This document shows positions 1 through 12,407 of a stretch of 64,000 nucleotides of DNA, one piece after another. The position numbers were made by a program, and so were the translations under genes. Below the pieces are notes generated by a model. That model saw only the letters and a program-made list of their open reading frames with translations. It was not told the origin of the DNA and searched no databases. Numbering within the stretch: position 1 is the stretch's first letter; each line of letters opens with the position of its first letter. The DNA comes from Marsupella aquatica (lineage: Eukaryota; Plantae; Marchantiophyta), in assembly GCA_973895155.1 (NCBI GenBank), contig OZ316894.1, forward strand, positions 9,585,440 through 9,649,439, in the 5' to 3' direction.

Positions 1-3000
1 AAGAATGACCTCAATTCAATTCAATTCAATCCAGTAAGTGTTTTCAAACGGGTTTTTGGAATGTTTTCATTATTGATCTCAACCCTCACAAAGCATCCCT
101 TAGTAAAGGTACTGCTGGTGGTTAGAATGATGCTTTGAAGATGAACCGACCATGGGCAGGCATCGAGAAGATGTTAAATATGCATCCTTAAGTTAGTCCT
201 GGATGAGTTTGAAACAATTATAGTAGAAAAGGTTCTTGCATGTCAGCTATGCATCCTTAAGTTAGACCTGGATGAGTTTGGAACAACAACAGCAAACGAG
301 GTTCTTGCATGCCATGCAAACCCTGATTAATGCCCAACTCAGAAGAGATAAGAAGGTGCACAGGCCATTGGGGTAACCTCAAGGCTATTCAGAGTTTCTC
401 TCAAGATTTTGAAAGGTCAATACTTCGCGGTCAGAAAAGCACAAATCAAAGTTGTTCACTTTCCCGTTGCCTTGTAAGGTCCCTTTCAAGTCAAATAGCT
501 CACTAACCCTTTCGAATGTGAGAGCCAACATGCACAATTTTCATCATTAACAAGACAAATCCAGTGGTTGTGAATTGATGACTGCCTGAAGTTTTCTCTG
601 AATTTTTAGATTTGAAAGAGTCTACCTTTGTAACGAGCCTAAAATATTACCTTTCCCAACATTACCTTTCCCATCTAAAAACTGTATCTATTGAACAAAA
701 ACTGGAGAGCGTGATACATTTTAAGGATGTCCAAATGCAACTTTTTTTCTTAACCGACCAAAACATGCATATTTTGTCCCAATGGACCTTGGGCACACCA
801 AAGGGACATTTCTTGTCAGAAGTTCTTATAACACAATTTCAGTCCTTACAATGTGAGAAAGTCACTATAAAATGCATGATGTTCTATGGTTGTTGAGTGT
901 CTGACCGCACTGTCAAATGTGTCTGGCTACAACCGCAATTTCACGTGAATCGTTTGCCATGCAGAAAAAAGCACGATACATAGCGTTGCAGTTTGAACTT
1001 TTATACATTGACAACAATGTACACATAGTTAGAGGACTACAATTTAGGGCACAGCGTAGCGAAGGCATATTAATCAAAATGAATATGTGCATCTTGAAAA
1101 AAATAAAATACATTATGCAGAATGTATTCAATCTAAGACCTGCCAAATTGCAAACATAAACTTGGATTGGCCCAATGATAATTGTTGGCCGCTCCTCCAT
1201 TGCTGTTCACACATCTCAAAGGGTACCCAGAGGAGGAACACAAGCAAGAACATGAGTAGGGAAAGCCAGACCAAGAGGCAAAAGAACCTAAATGCAATAA
1301 GAACAAAACAGGCTCCCAACTGAAATTTCATGAGAAGTAGGGCACATTTGAATTTAAAAAATTGTTCACTTTTTTATACAATATCCACATTATCTTTAAA
1401 AAAGCAATGAGATTGGGACATTATGGTACTTGCACGCTTCAATGTGGTTGTGAACTCTTTCCCGGGCTCTTTCCTTGGTAGTTTATATACAATCTTGGGG
1501 GTTTCATTTCCACAAAAATGGCACATCAGTGCACCGAAAGATAGGGTCTTTCTATTGGATCTAAGGAAGGACTTAAGAATTTTTTGGGAAGTCAGAATAT
1601 TAGGGTATTTTGAATCATATTTTCAAAAATTTAAAAATTTCTTGGAATATTCCAAATTTATAGGAATTTTAAATAATAATTCCCTTACATGTTACGGGGT
1701 GTGAGGGCTAAAAAAGTCACATGATGTGATTGGGCACGTGATGGGGAGGCCTCCATATAGTGAGACCCTATAGGATACAACAGCCACACTCAATGTTTAA
1801 ACTCAACCAAGCTGGGAGGCGTCACTACGACGTTGGGGTACTCCAATGCGGTGATAAGATCCGGCATAAGATCTTTCAGTTTAAACACAATAGCCACAAT
1901 GTATTCGACCAAGTTGGGAGGCTTCGCTACGGTTCTTGGGTGCTCCAATGCAACCATAATATATATCTTTCATTATTTTCTAGTTTGAATACATTATAGT
2001 TGCAGTGTATTCAACGAAGCAGGGAGGCCGTTTGGGCATCACTTTGGAGATCACTTTGAAGATCACTTTGGAGAATGGTTTGGAGATCACTAAGGACAGT
2101 TAGTCACAACATTTGAACTAAGGACTGACATTGGAGATATTTTTTCCAACATTTTGTGTGTTGTTTTACAAATCTAAGATTGGACTACTGTCTAAAGTTC
2201 TAATTGAGGCTTGTAGACACTGTTGTGCTAAGCATAATTGTATTGATGGATATGTGACTTAAGTAAAATTTCAGTGTGTGGAGATCTGGTACGAGTGAGT
2301 CTCCATCGGGTAATTGTAACGTGCGAGCAAACAGTAAAATTTTTCCTCACACGAGCAAAAAACAATTCTTGCATGACCCCTATTTTTCTACATGCAACTG
2401 CCTCACTATCAACTACATGGTTGGTGTCATCCCTTTTGGGGACTCACTTTTTGCTAGCGAGCTAGCTAGCCATCTGGAGTCTTAAAAAAAACACAAAAAT
2501 GTAAAAGGAACCAAAAAGCAACTGAAATTTGGAACCATTATTGTCTCGCTATCAAAATCTCCTGTTTGCTCACAACATAGAATACCTCGTCTCTGTCTAA
2601 CTGACAATTTTCTAGCAAAAGCTACACTCAGGGGCCTATGGTCTAGCAAACAGCCTATGGATATATATTGACTGTAGGTGGGCGGCAAGTTTTGAGTTGA
2701 GGCAGCAGGGGATAAGGCAAACAGCGGGCCAAGCAAAGCTAGTGCCATCAACTGTAAATCATAGCTTGCAACCATGGAAACAATGCAGGCTTGAGCATGG
2801 ACACTTCAATCTAGTGCCATCAACCAAAACTTATATCTCGCAACTGTGGCAACACTGCAGGCTTGAGCGTGGACAGTGGAGTCACAACGCTTTAGATCAA
2901 ACTTTTGCTCTCTTTTGTGAAGGTAAAGACATGAGGTCACAAGTCTTCACATTTTTGAATGCTATCTAAGATACATGGATCCACATTGAGCAAGGGTAGC

Positions 3001-3134
3001 CCAGCAATTGCAATCACCACTGCAGCAAATGAGGTTTGGAGGTTCAAACTTCATTAATTGACTAAAATTTGCACAAACTCACATCCCAAAGATAAGAGAC
3101 AAACCTCAAGATCGAGGCTAATCAATGAGATTAA

Positions 3135-3440
3135 CATTGATTAGCCCCGTACCTGGCTGCCTGCTGCCCAATATTTTGGATGTTGGTATCAGGATAATTA
3201 CCCGGAGCAAGTTAATCTGGGCACCAGCTGCCCCTAGTCTGGCTGGTAGAGGAGCTCACCGGGTTGAGGCAGGTCACAGGTTTGAATCCTGCTATGACTA
3301 AGTGTGCTTTTGTCATTCACCCCACCCAAAAGTGGGGATCATTCACACTCTAGCTACACTTAGAAAAAGTGTAAATATGACCAAGAGACGGGCAGCAGGT
3401 GCAGGCAGCGGGCGGCGAAAAGAGTACAGGAGGCTCATTT
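3135..3440 (+). mobile_element. tRNA-like-core dispersed repeat (SINE/MITE-like), copy 1
   Basis: Box A/B-like segments (TGGCTGGTAGA...GGTTTGAATCC) followed by CATTCACCCCACCCAAAAGTGGGGATCATTCA. The same block recurs at ~17565-17850. Ends have GCTGCCC/GGGCAGC-type inverted motifs. Confidence 0.5.
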
Positions 3441-5588
3441 CTAAGACTGGGACAAAAATGGGTAGACATTCACCAAGGGAGTCCCTTTACACATTGAGAC
3501 AAGTGATGTTGCCAGCTGGTCAGATTTCATAAAAGGACAGAACACTTGCATAAGGCCCCATCCCAAATTGGGACCAAATCCCTTTGCACACAGTCAAATC
3601 TAAGAATGAGACCTTGCTCCAAGGTCAAGCTTCATAAATTGACCAAACACTTGCATAAAGCCCTATTCAAAAGTGAGGTTCACCAACTCCACGTGCACAC
3701 AAAAGATGTGAGGAAAAATCTAAGACTGAGACCCATTGCACACAAAAGAAGTGAGGACAAATCTAAGGATGAGAACCAAGGAATATAATAGCCATTCTTG
3801 TAATTGCCCATACAAACGCAGCAGCCAGATGCGCATAAGACATTCTCCGCTATAAACAACGAGTCAGGTTTACCATGGTATGGAAAATCTGTCCAACCTA
3901 TCTGCACATGCCAGGATACACTCATTTTGACATGCATTTACCAAAAAGTATTGCAATAAGTCAGTTCCTCAAGAAATCTGTAGGCGTTAATGAGTGAGTT
4001 CCTTGAGGAGAGACTTGCATTCGTTAGAGAACATCCATCATACAGTAGTAGGCTTAGTTACAACACTAGTCAGATGCAATAGTTTAATATCTCAATATTG
4101 CAGTGGTACATCTTTGCACATCAGAATGTGACAATACACCGTGTTTTAGGACACACCATACCATCATAAACTCAATTATCCTATTTGGATCATATATAGA
4201 GTGTTATTTAATCTTTTACTCATTTTGATGTGCAATTACCAGGATATAATTTTTTCCTTTGCACTTATATTCCTATTTTATGTTTTTGGCCTGTTTGGGG
4301 ATTACCTCCGATTACAGGCTGTATTTTGTTCATTCCAGCAAGATTGTTGTCCATTTTAGCGGTTGTGGGATTGGGTGTTGAGGTACGTGAGTTAACGCAT
4401 CTCATGCCAGTGCTAATCCCATTCATATGTAGAGACTCCTTTGTGTGGGTTTCCGGATGGATTTCCTTGCTGCCAGTCTGTACAAATGAGTTGAGCATCG
4501 AGACTGAAGTAGGCCAGGTCTGTTTGTTTTCAGGATTGTCTACAAGACCAGCTTGAGCTTTTTTCTCAAGTTCACAGCATTCAGCAAGAGAAAGAAAAAT
4601 TGTGCACATTCCAAACTCTGCTTCAAATAAAGATTGCTTCAAAATAGTTCAACTCCAAATCACTCAGAGGTTGACAAGGGAAAATTGTTGCTTGAGTTCT
4701 GCCCTATGTAAACTTTGATTTCTTGATTAGATTAGATGAAATACATGGTGATAACACGGCCCTAATTAATTGCAAAACATATAGAATTTTGTCCCAATGG
4801 ATTTTGTCAGTTAGCAACTAAGTAAAGAACATTCAAGTGCATGGATGCAAGGGCGCATTGATGATTTTGAGTGAGTCTTTGTAATTGTTTCTCAGTAGTT
4901 GAATGAGGCACAATCCCGGGAATTTGGTTATTTACATTGAAGTTCAGTTCATGATCAAATTGTTCGTCAGCATAGATGCTTACCTTCAATCTCAGCAGCA
5001 AGGTACGTCTATTTCTTGATCAGGCTTTGTTCCTTTTTATTGAGCTCAGCTTCGTTCAGCTTCATCCACCTAAGCATCCAGGTGCATTCCTGATCAAGTT
5101 CCGCTCAATTTCCTTACCTTTAGCTCAGAGTTTCATCCATAGTGGCTTCTGCAAGGGCTGATGTACAAAGAATGTAAACTTTCCAATGTAAACTTTCCTT
5201 CCAAGGAAAGTACATCCAAAATGAGATTTGAGAGCTGGCTAGATGAGTTACTCTCCTTGCCAGGGCACAGTCCATCAGGGACCTGTTGCTCAGTGTGTCA
5301 GTCCATCCGACCATTGCTATCCCTTGCTCCAATTTATATGTCGCAACCTATACAAATGAAATTTCAACGCACCTGATTTGCCAAAACACTCCTCATGTTA
5401 GAATCAATATGCCCAAGAGTTCTCAATAAACTGCCAGTGCCCACTAAGCTGTGGGAGGACAAATTAAACCTGGATCCATCTTGTTAAGACTCATTTTGAC
5501 TAATGACTTAATACCAAGGTTTACACGTTTTTATTTCTTTGTCCAATGTGCACAGGCAAAAATGTCTCCTGTATTCAAAGCCAAGAAA

Positions 5589-5767
5589 AGACTTAATGGG
5601 ACCCCTGTGGTATCTCCTGGACTTAACAGTCCAGCAAGTTGCCATGAAGACTTAACACGACCGACTTAACAGGACCCTGTGTGCACATCTTGCCCAGGTC
5701 TTGATGGCATCTTACTCACAAAGGTCTGGTTAAATCCAGGAGATATCAGAGGGGTCCTGTTAAGTCT
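5589..5767. repeat. Small inverted-repeat element (MITE-like foldback)
   Basis: AGACTTAATGGGACCCCTGTGGTATCTCCTGGACTTAAC is ~85% reverse-complementary to GTTAAATCCAGGAGATATCAGAGGGGTCCTGTTAAGTCT. Confidence 0.6.
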
Positions 5768-7099
5768 GAAGTCCATCCAAAGATCACTACCATAGAGAAG
5801 ATCATGTCATTTAAAGCATAAATAATTACTGAAATTTAAGTGCCTCATTTTAGGCTGCGTTTAAAAGCTTACAAAAAGGTAATAATGGATATCTAAAAAT
5901 GTATTCAGCTTTTTTATGCAAACAATTAGAGGGTCTGTCAATTTGCATACTTTCCTAAGTGACAATTCTTTAAAATTAAAATTTGGATAAATTATTTGGG
6001 ACATTGGCAAACACTATAGCTTGAGATATAAAAAGATTCAGGTTTCGCCTCGGCATGCGCGAACCTGATAATCCCAAGGGTAGTATATATATCAAACTGT
6101 CAAAAAAAGGAGCTGAACCTGGAGACAGTATCTCATTGGACTAAAACCCAATCAAGGGAGAACAAAAAAGAGGCCCAAAAGGAGTCACTTTGACTCGTTC
6201 ATGAAAGTATTTTAAAACTCTCATAGCAAATTGTGATAAGGTATTATATATGTATTGACTGACAGTTAAGTGAAAAGGGAAAAGTACATTGTCGCTTTAT
6301 GATACCCAAACGGCAGTGCATTTGTCCACATCTGTACCCGGACATTCCCACGATTGTACTGTACTAGAGTACTACCAGGTTACTAACTTAGCATACGTCA
6401 CTCCATGTCAACATTTTTGGGAACTTTTAATGCTTGATGATGAGCATGTTTTAAAATATTCTAGAATCAAAGAATATAGTAAGAGGGACGCTGTCGACAT
6501 TATTGTCACATGGTTAATTAAGGCCTTTTCATTGGCAAACACTGTGCTATTAAAAAAGGCCAAAGACGTCCAGTGAAGAAAAAAGCAAAAGAGATCCAAA
6601 TTTTGATGACGGATCATTAAAAAGTACAATGCAAAGGAAAATAATGCTCCCATGGACCCCATGGTTGGTCTTTCGAAACTCTCATGGAACACATTTACTA
6701 AAATTTGTGTTTAATTGTAAGAATTTTGATATTCATAAATTTAAATATTTTTTAGTTTTGGGGATGCTCTTTTTGTCTTTTGGCAGTTTGAAACATAATT
6801 ACTCTTTTTGTCTTTTGGCAGTTTCAAACATAATAATAGAACACAAACTCTAAACACGAGGCAAATGCAACCCCCTAAAACTAGAAAGTAAAAAGGAAAA
6901 AATTGAGCTACCACTCCAATAGTGTGGTGAGTCAATGGTGTACATCTAGTGTAATAACTAAATTGAGCTTGAGAGCGTTGTAATATCCCTAACATTGGCT
7001 GATAAAAGTGCATTATCAAAACAAATAGTGATGGTCCAATAAAACCTGATAATGTCCTGAGTTACTCTATAGCAAAGAAGAGTAAGCTTGTGCAGCATG

Positions 7100-7750
7100 T
7101 TTTGCCTCCTTTATCATTGTTGCCCATGCCATTGTTACCCTTGCCCCTCTAGTTGCTATGCTGATGATATCCTGGCACAAAGGGTTGACCACCACAACAT
7201 CAGCCAAGGTATGTTAGTCATCATGGACCATAAAAGGATTGTCAGGTTCTTGTCCTGGTAATTGTTATGGTGGAGTATTAGGCAAATGGAGCACCTGTCA
7301 CCTCCTGTTGCAACTTGTACCAAATTCCCGGAGAGAACTAAAGCAGTAGCATCTCTCATTAATAATTATGGTCTCACCCCCTGTATGGCACCAAAGAAGA
7401 TGGACCCTTGTGGCATCACAAGGCTTCCGACATGTGCAAGAAGTAAGTAAGCTTACAAGAAGTGGATCATGATGTAAGGTCCCCATACAAAGATGTATGG
7501 GTGTTGAGAACTCATCTAAAGACCTCCTTAGATGAGGAATGGCAGAATTGGCCTGGAGCCACCATTTCCACACTTCCCTCCTGAAGAAAGAATTTGAGCT
7601 TGGACACTAAGATGAGAACAAAGAACTAGGACCTAAAAGAGAGGCAAAAGTCTCTTAAATGGAGAGATCAAAAGGTGAAAATGATCAAAAGAAAGGTGCG
7701 AAGTGTCCACCCACTTACAGGTCATATTTGATTGGGGACTATAAACATTT
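7100..7750 (-). pseudogene. Decayed fragment of the CRE-like non-LTR retrotransposon family (zinc-knuckle/REL region)
   Basis: ORF 7298-7573 (WLQANSAIPHLR...SCTCRKPCDATRVHLLWCHTGGETI) matches the element at 21040-21240 (WLQANPVIPHLR...SCTCGKPCDATGVHLLWYTLGGETI). Boundaries are approximate. Confidence 0.75.
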
Positions 7751-10700
7751 TTACTGAAGTTTCGGATGCTCAGGGTTTCATCAAATTTAACTTCAGTAAC
7801 ATTATGCCTAATTCCATGCACAAGCTTGGATGTTCGGACACATAGATTTGTTTCCTTTTTCAATACTGAGCAGTCATTGTTTAGCGAACATTCACTAGAT
7901 CCTTACTCCTGAATATGAAGCCCAGATGGACCTTCAGGTTTTTCAAAATGCTCCCATAGATTTGTGCATGAAACCTTGAGCATCCGTGCAGAGTGAAATT
8001 TTGGCATGGGCGCTGGTTTACTGACCACCCAAGTTGCAAATGTTCATGTTTTGCAAGAACCACAGATTCTTTCACTGAGACCCGGCCCGTAGCAATAAGG
8101 TCACGGAAAGTAGTCATAAATTGGTTTGAGACACCCTGATAAAATGGGCTGGACCACAATAAAAGAAAACCTGGAGAAGACCAAAGAGCCAAAAAGTTCT
8201 TTGTTGCATTTTTGTCTGAATTTCTATTTGGCTTTATTTGGCATAAAGTATTATTCGCAATAAAGTTTCCAGGGTATTGCCCCGTTTCAAACAAATATAA
8301 TAAAATATCTCACCCCTAGAGAATTAAAACAATCCTTAAAAAATTAAAGCTACCCTGAGCTAAGGGACACAAAGTTGAAAAGGGTGTGGCAGGTCGTTGG
8401 CGTGTCGTAGTGCAGTCTGGTACCGTCGTCGTGCCCGAGTTAGTACGATGGTCGTAGTGCGAGTTAGTACAGTTCAGCTGACCGGAGTACACCTCTGGAT
8501 CGTCGTTAGTATCCCGGGACGTGCACAGGACCAGTATCCCGGTGATGTCTTCCCGGCATATATCAACGGCAGATCTCGCACCGGACCGTGGGGTTGACAC
8601 TACACCGTCGATGATGTCCGCCGTTGAGTTGGCTGAAGTGGGTAACGGCGATTGTGGAGAATCCCGGGAACGAGATGAACGAAGGACATTGACAGTACAA
8701 TGCTCGTATTTCGGAAGAGTACTGTAAAAGTCTATATGGGTCCCCAGTGAAGCCTTTCCTCCACATTCTCGTCGTGGAGGTCCGGCGATGAAGGATTTGC
8801 CGGATCACGTATCGAGCGAGTTCAATTGCTTCGCTGGTCGATGACTGAATCACACGTACTTGCTGATTTGTAGTTAACGGAGTTCAGATTCATTCGCTGA
8901 TTACGGAGGAAGGCTGAATTGCGCATCATTCTTTTGACAGGAATGGGGCTTCAATTCTCTCTAGACGGAAGAATTGAAGGAGAGCTCGCGTTGCAGAAGG
9001 AAGAAGTCAAGGAGAGAATTGAAGGAGAGATCGTGTTGCAACGGGATGGGATCATTTGGGTTGAGAAGGGAGGGTCTGGAGAGGAGTTCGCCGACTGATG
9101 AATAATGTGAATGGGAAATGTGATGATGATATCAGGGATATAGTCGAGTGTAGCGAACAGCGGGCAGCAGGTGTCGGAGTGCCAACCATGTGAGCTTGAA
9201 TGGATGCTCTCTTGATTTGCTGAGCTGCGTTGAGTTATTCTAATCTTAGGAGAGCGCCACTTCAAGATCACATTGTTAGCACCTTCCGCAGGAGGTCCCC
9301 CTAGCTTGAGAAGGCGAGGATCCAGCATCGCGCTGCGCACTGCCGCACTAGCGGAATTGGTAAACGGGGTTGAATGTACCAGGCACTTGTATCGCATCCG
9401 TAGTGCCGAATTACTCACAGTGCAGATGGTCCGAGAAATGTGAGCACTGTCAATTACAATAAGACGGGAGGTATCGGCAAGAAAATGTGGTCATCCCTAC
9501 GTTTGGATTTAGATTTGTTTGCGACTCGTTTCACAGTTTTCTCGCCGTTGGAAGCCTGCATCATTTGCAACGTTGTGGTGTTCTTGCCCCTTTCTTCTGT
9601 CTCGTCAAATCACTTACTGAGGCTACGAGTCCTTTTGCTGCCGTCAATTGGATGTTTGGAGTGAGTTGTGACTCGCTTACGGAGTGATTTGCATTCGCTG
9701 TCTAACTGTCGTGCTGTGCTTCAGCGTGTAAGTTGCCACAGAGCCTTGGACTCTCGAGTCATTTGCATCAACAGTCAGCTTGAGGTGAGTGGGAAAGTGA
9801 GGCGAGGGAGAGATTCTCTCAGTGAAACGTATTCAGATGGACGATGTAGGGAGAACTAGCTAGGGAGAGGTGCGGCATGACAAGGACAGGAGCAGATTTG
9901 GTCTGTTTCTGTCAATCTCATGCACTGCCTCTTCCCTGGCTCGCTCGCTCTTCTTATTGCCTCTTTGAACATAATTTTGCTGAATCTCACTCATAGCAAT
10001 ACATTCCTCGTTTTTATACATCACTACGATGTATTTAGAAATTTCTGCAACTTAATTGCTTGGACTGTGCAAGATGTGAGTCCAGTCCTCTGTCAACTGT
10101 TCGGAGGGCAAACGAACAACTAAATTTATTGAAGTACTTTGTCCGCCCTTAACCTTTCCCTGTGATCCAGTTTGAGCTCAAAATCTGACGACCCCTTCGG
10201 GTGCGGTACACAAATGTTGCATCGGCAAATCGGAAGAAGAGCATTGCTTGAGTGGGAAATGTTTTAGTGCCCGACTTGAAGTTCACTCTCCAGATCTGGA
10301 GTGATGATCCAGTTCAGTAATAGTATGGGGCTTCACAGTTCAATTTGGCCAGTGAATATGGATTTCAACCTTCACGGACCTGTTTTGTCAATTAAATTAG
10401 AAAAGCTCGGCAAAAGTCCATGGAGGATTGCTGTACCTCTGGCTTGGGCATTTGTATCTGCAAAACGTCGCTGCCTAAATTCAACTGAGAAGCCTCTTAC
10501 TAGTATTGACATTCAATCCGAAAACTTGCTTCCAAAATTAATGTAAGGTTCTAATTAGAATATACATGTCCGTGGGCCCCAAGTATACATCATTCCGAGT
10601 TATGTCGTCCATCTTTACTGTTTTCGGCAAAGATTGATTTGCATGCGGATCGAGATGTTAATTGTCGGGTGCCGGCTTGTTTGCCAAGTTGCACTTATTC

Positions 10701-12407
10701 ACAGGCATCTTGGATTAAAACGTGCATCGTGGGCACGAACCATTGCTCGTTGATAACATTTTCTCGTGAAGTATGACGAAGAGTCGACTTAGGTGGTGGA
10801 CCGGAGCCAAGGAAGGAAAGTTATGCACGTTCTCTGAAAGTGCCAGGGTATCGTGAGTGTAGTGTACATCACGGTCGGTAGGATGAGCATGTCTCTCCGC
10901 GTCCTAAATTGGGCCCGCAAAAGCGCTGTTTTTCGAGAGCTTAGACCATCAAAACTTGCGTCATTGTATCTAGTACAGTCATCAATTTAAGCTACCGTAG
11001 TACTTAGCTGAGATCGTTACCCATGGCTTTCTGTCGAGCCAGGAGCCCCAAGGTTAGAAAGGGTAGCAGAAGTCCTTCAAAAGTGCACAGAACGTACATA
11101 ATGTAGTGGTCTTTCCAATTTGAATATACGTCGGCTTCATTATTTTGGAGCTGCATTGATTCATGGATTGTTTGAGCATTGAGAACTGTTGTTACTCTTC
11201 GCAATGTCAGTAGGTTTTCACAACATCACCGGGGAATATTTGCACTCAGAAGACGCACAATGACTCTTGCACATAGCATTCTTTTTTACATGGACCTGCA
11301 GACGTTTATTGTTATGCTTCCCAATTTTGGAACGGCCAATTCTGTACTCGCCGTTGTCTGAATTTGTTTCTGCGAAAGATCACTTGGGTAATCTCTCGTA
11401 GCATTGACAAAACCTCAGTTCAAGCACAGGTAGGCATCCTCCAAGATGAATGCTATTCAACTTGACTGCTAAAAGCTTTAGGATTGATAATTTATTCTTA
11501 CAAACAGGGACAGTCCGGTATCAACTGTGTGCTACCGTGCTTGGCAGCGGACTGGTAACCCTGGAACACCAACCGATATCTCTGGCCTTGCCCAGCTAGA
11601 ACAAGGGTCTACTAACATGACATTGCGCAGACCCAGCCAAAACCTTTTCTGTAGTCAACAAGTAAAAATGACACCTCTGATGACTCTAAGCTACACCCTC
11701 GTTCAAACTGTGTGAAGCACATGACCAATCCTTGCCCTGTGCAACATTTGATCCTTGGGCTAAACTTGGAAACTGTCCTTGATATCTCAAACTCCCACGA
11801 CAGCTGTAGGATTCATCTTACAGGCTTCATTTACTTTATTCGGAAAATCCACATGAGAGAAAATCCCAAAAACCTACCGAACACATGGTCATCGATCAAG
11901 TAGTTATCTTACAGCTTATAAACGAATATACAAATGTTCGGATGTCATGGCGATCTTTATCGATATAGAATTGGTATTCTAAAAGGACGCTCCTGAAGAA
12001 TGAGCTAACGTTGAAGATCATTGGATCTTCGACAGGCCGAGCTGCATTCAATTCCAGGATACTTCAAGCATTCGCCATTTTCTCTCCCCAGAGCGATACC
12101 TGACCCCTTTTGGTCAAGCAGTGGAGCAAAGCAGGCTGTACGCCACTGCTATGCTCCACCATAGAACTCAGCTGGAAGGCCTCGATATACGAGAAACACG
12201 GAAGATGGTGAACCTTCTATCTAGATCTCAAGTATACACATCTTAAGTAACGTAATGAAGTGGAGGTTGTTTGCAAGTCAATGCTCAGACTGGGCCAACT
12301 ACAACTTGTAGCAGCTTAGGCAAAGGTGGGGGCTAGATTGTGTCAGAACTCCCCGACTCAGTCGACGTAGGTTCTAACCATAATTTTCCCTGGTGTTGTG
12401 AAAAGCT

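Noticed and set aside
6038-6085. Helitron 3' end (hairpin TCAGGTT...AACCTGA then GTAGT)
   Set aside because: No CTRR terminus and no identifiable 5' end.
1-7000. Numerous 60-125 aa ORFs in AT-rich, CpG-poor DNA
   Set aside because: No recognisable domains; consistent with decayed repeats and intergenic DNA.
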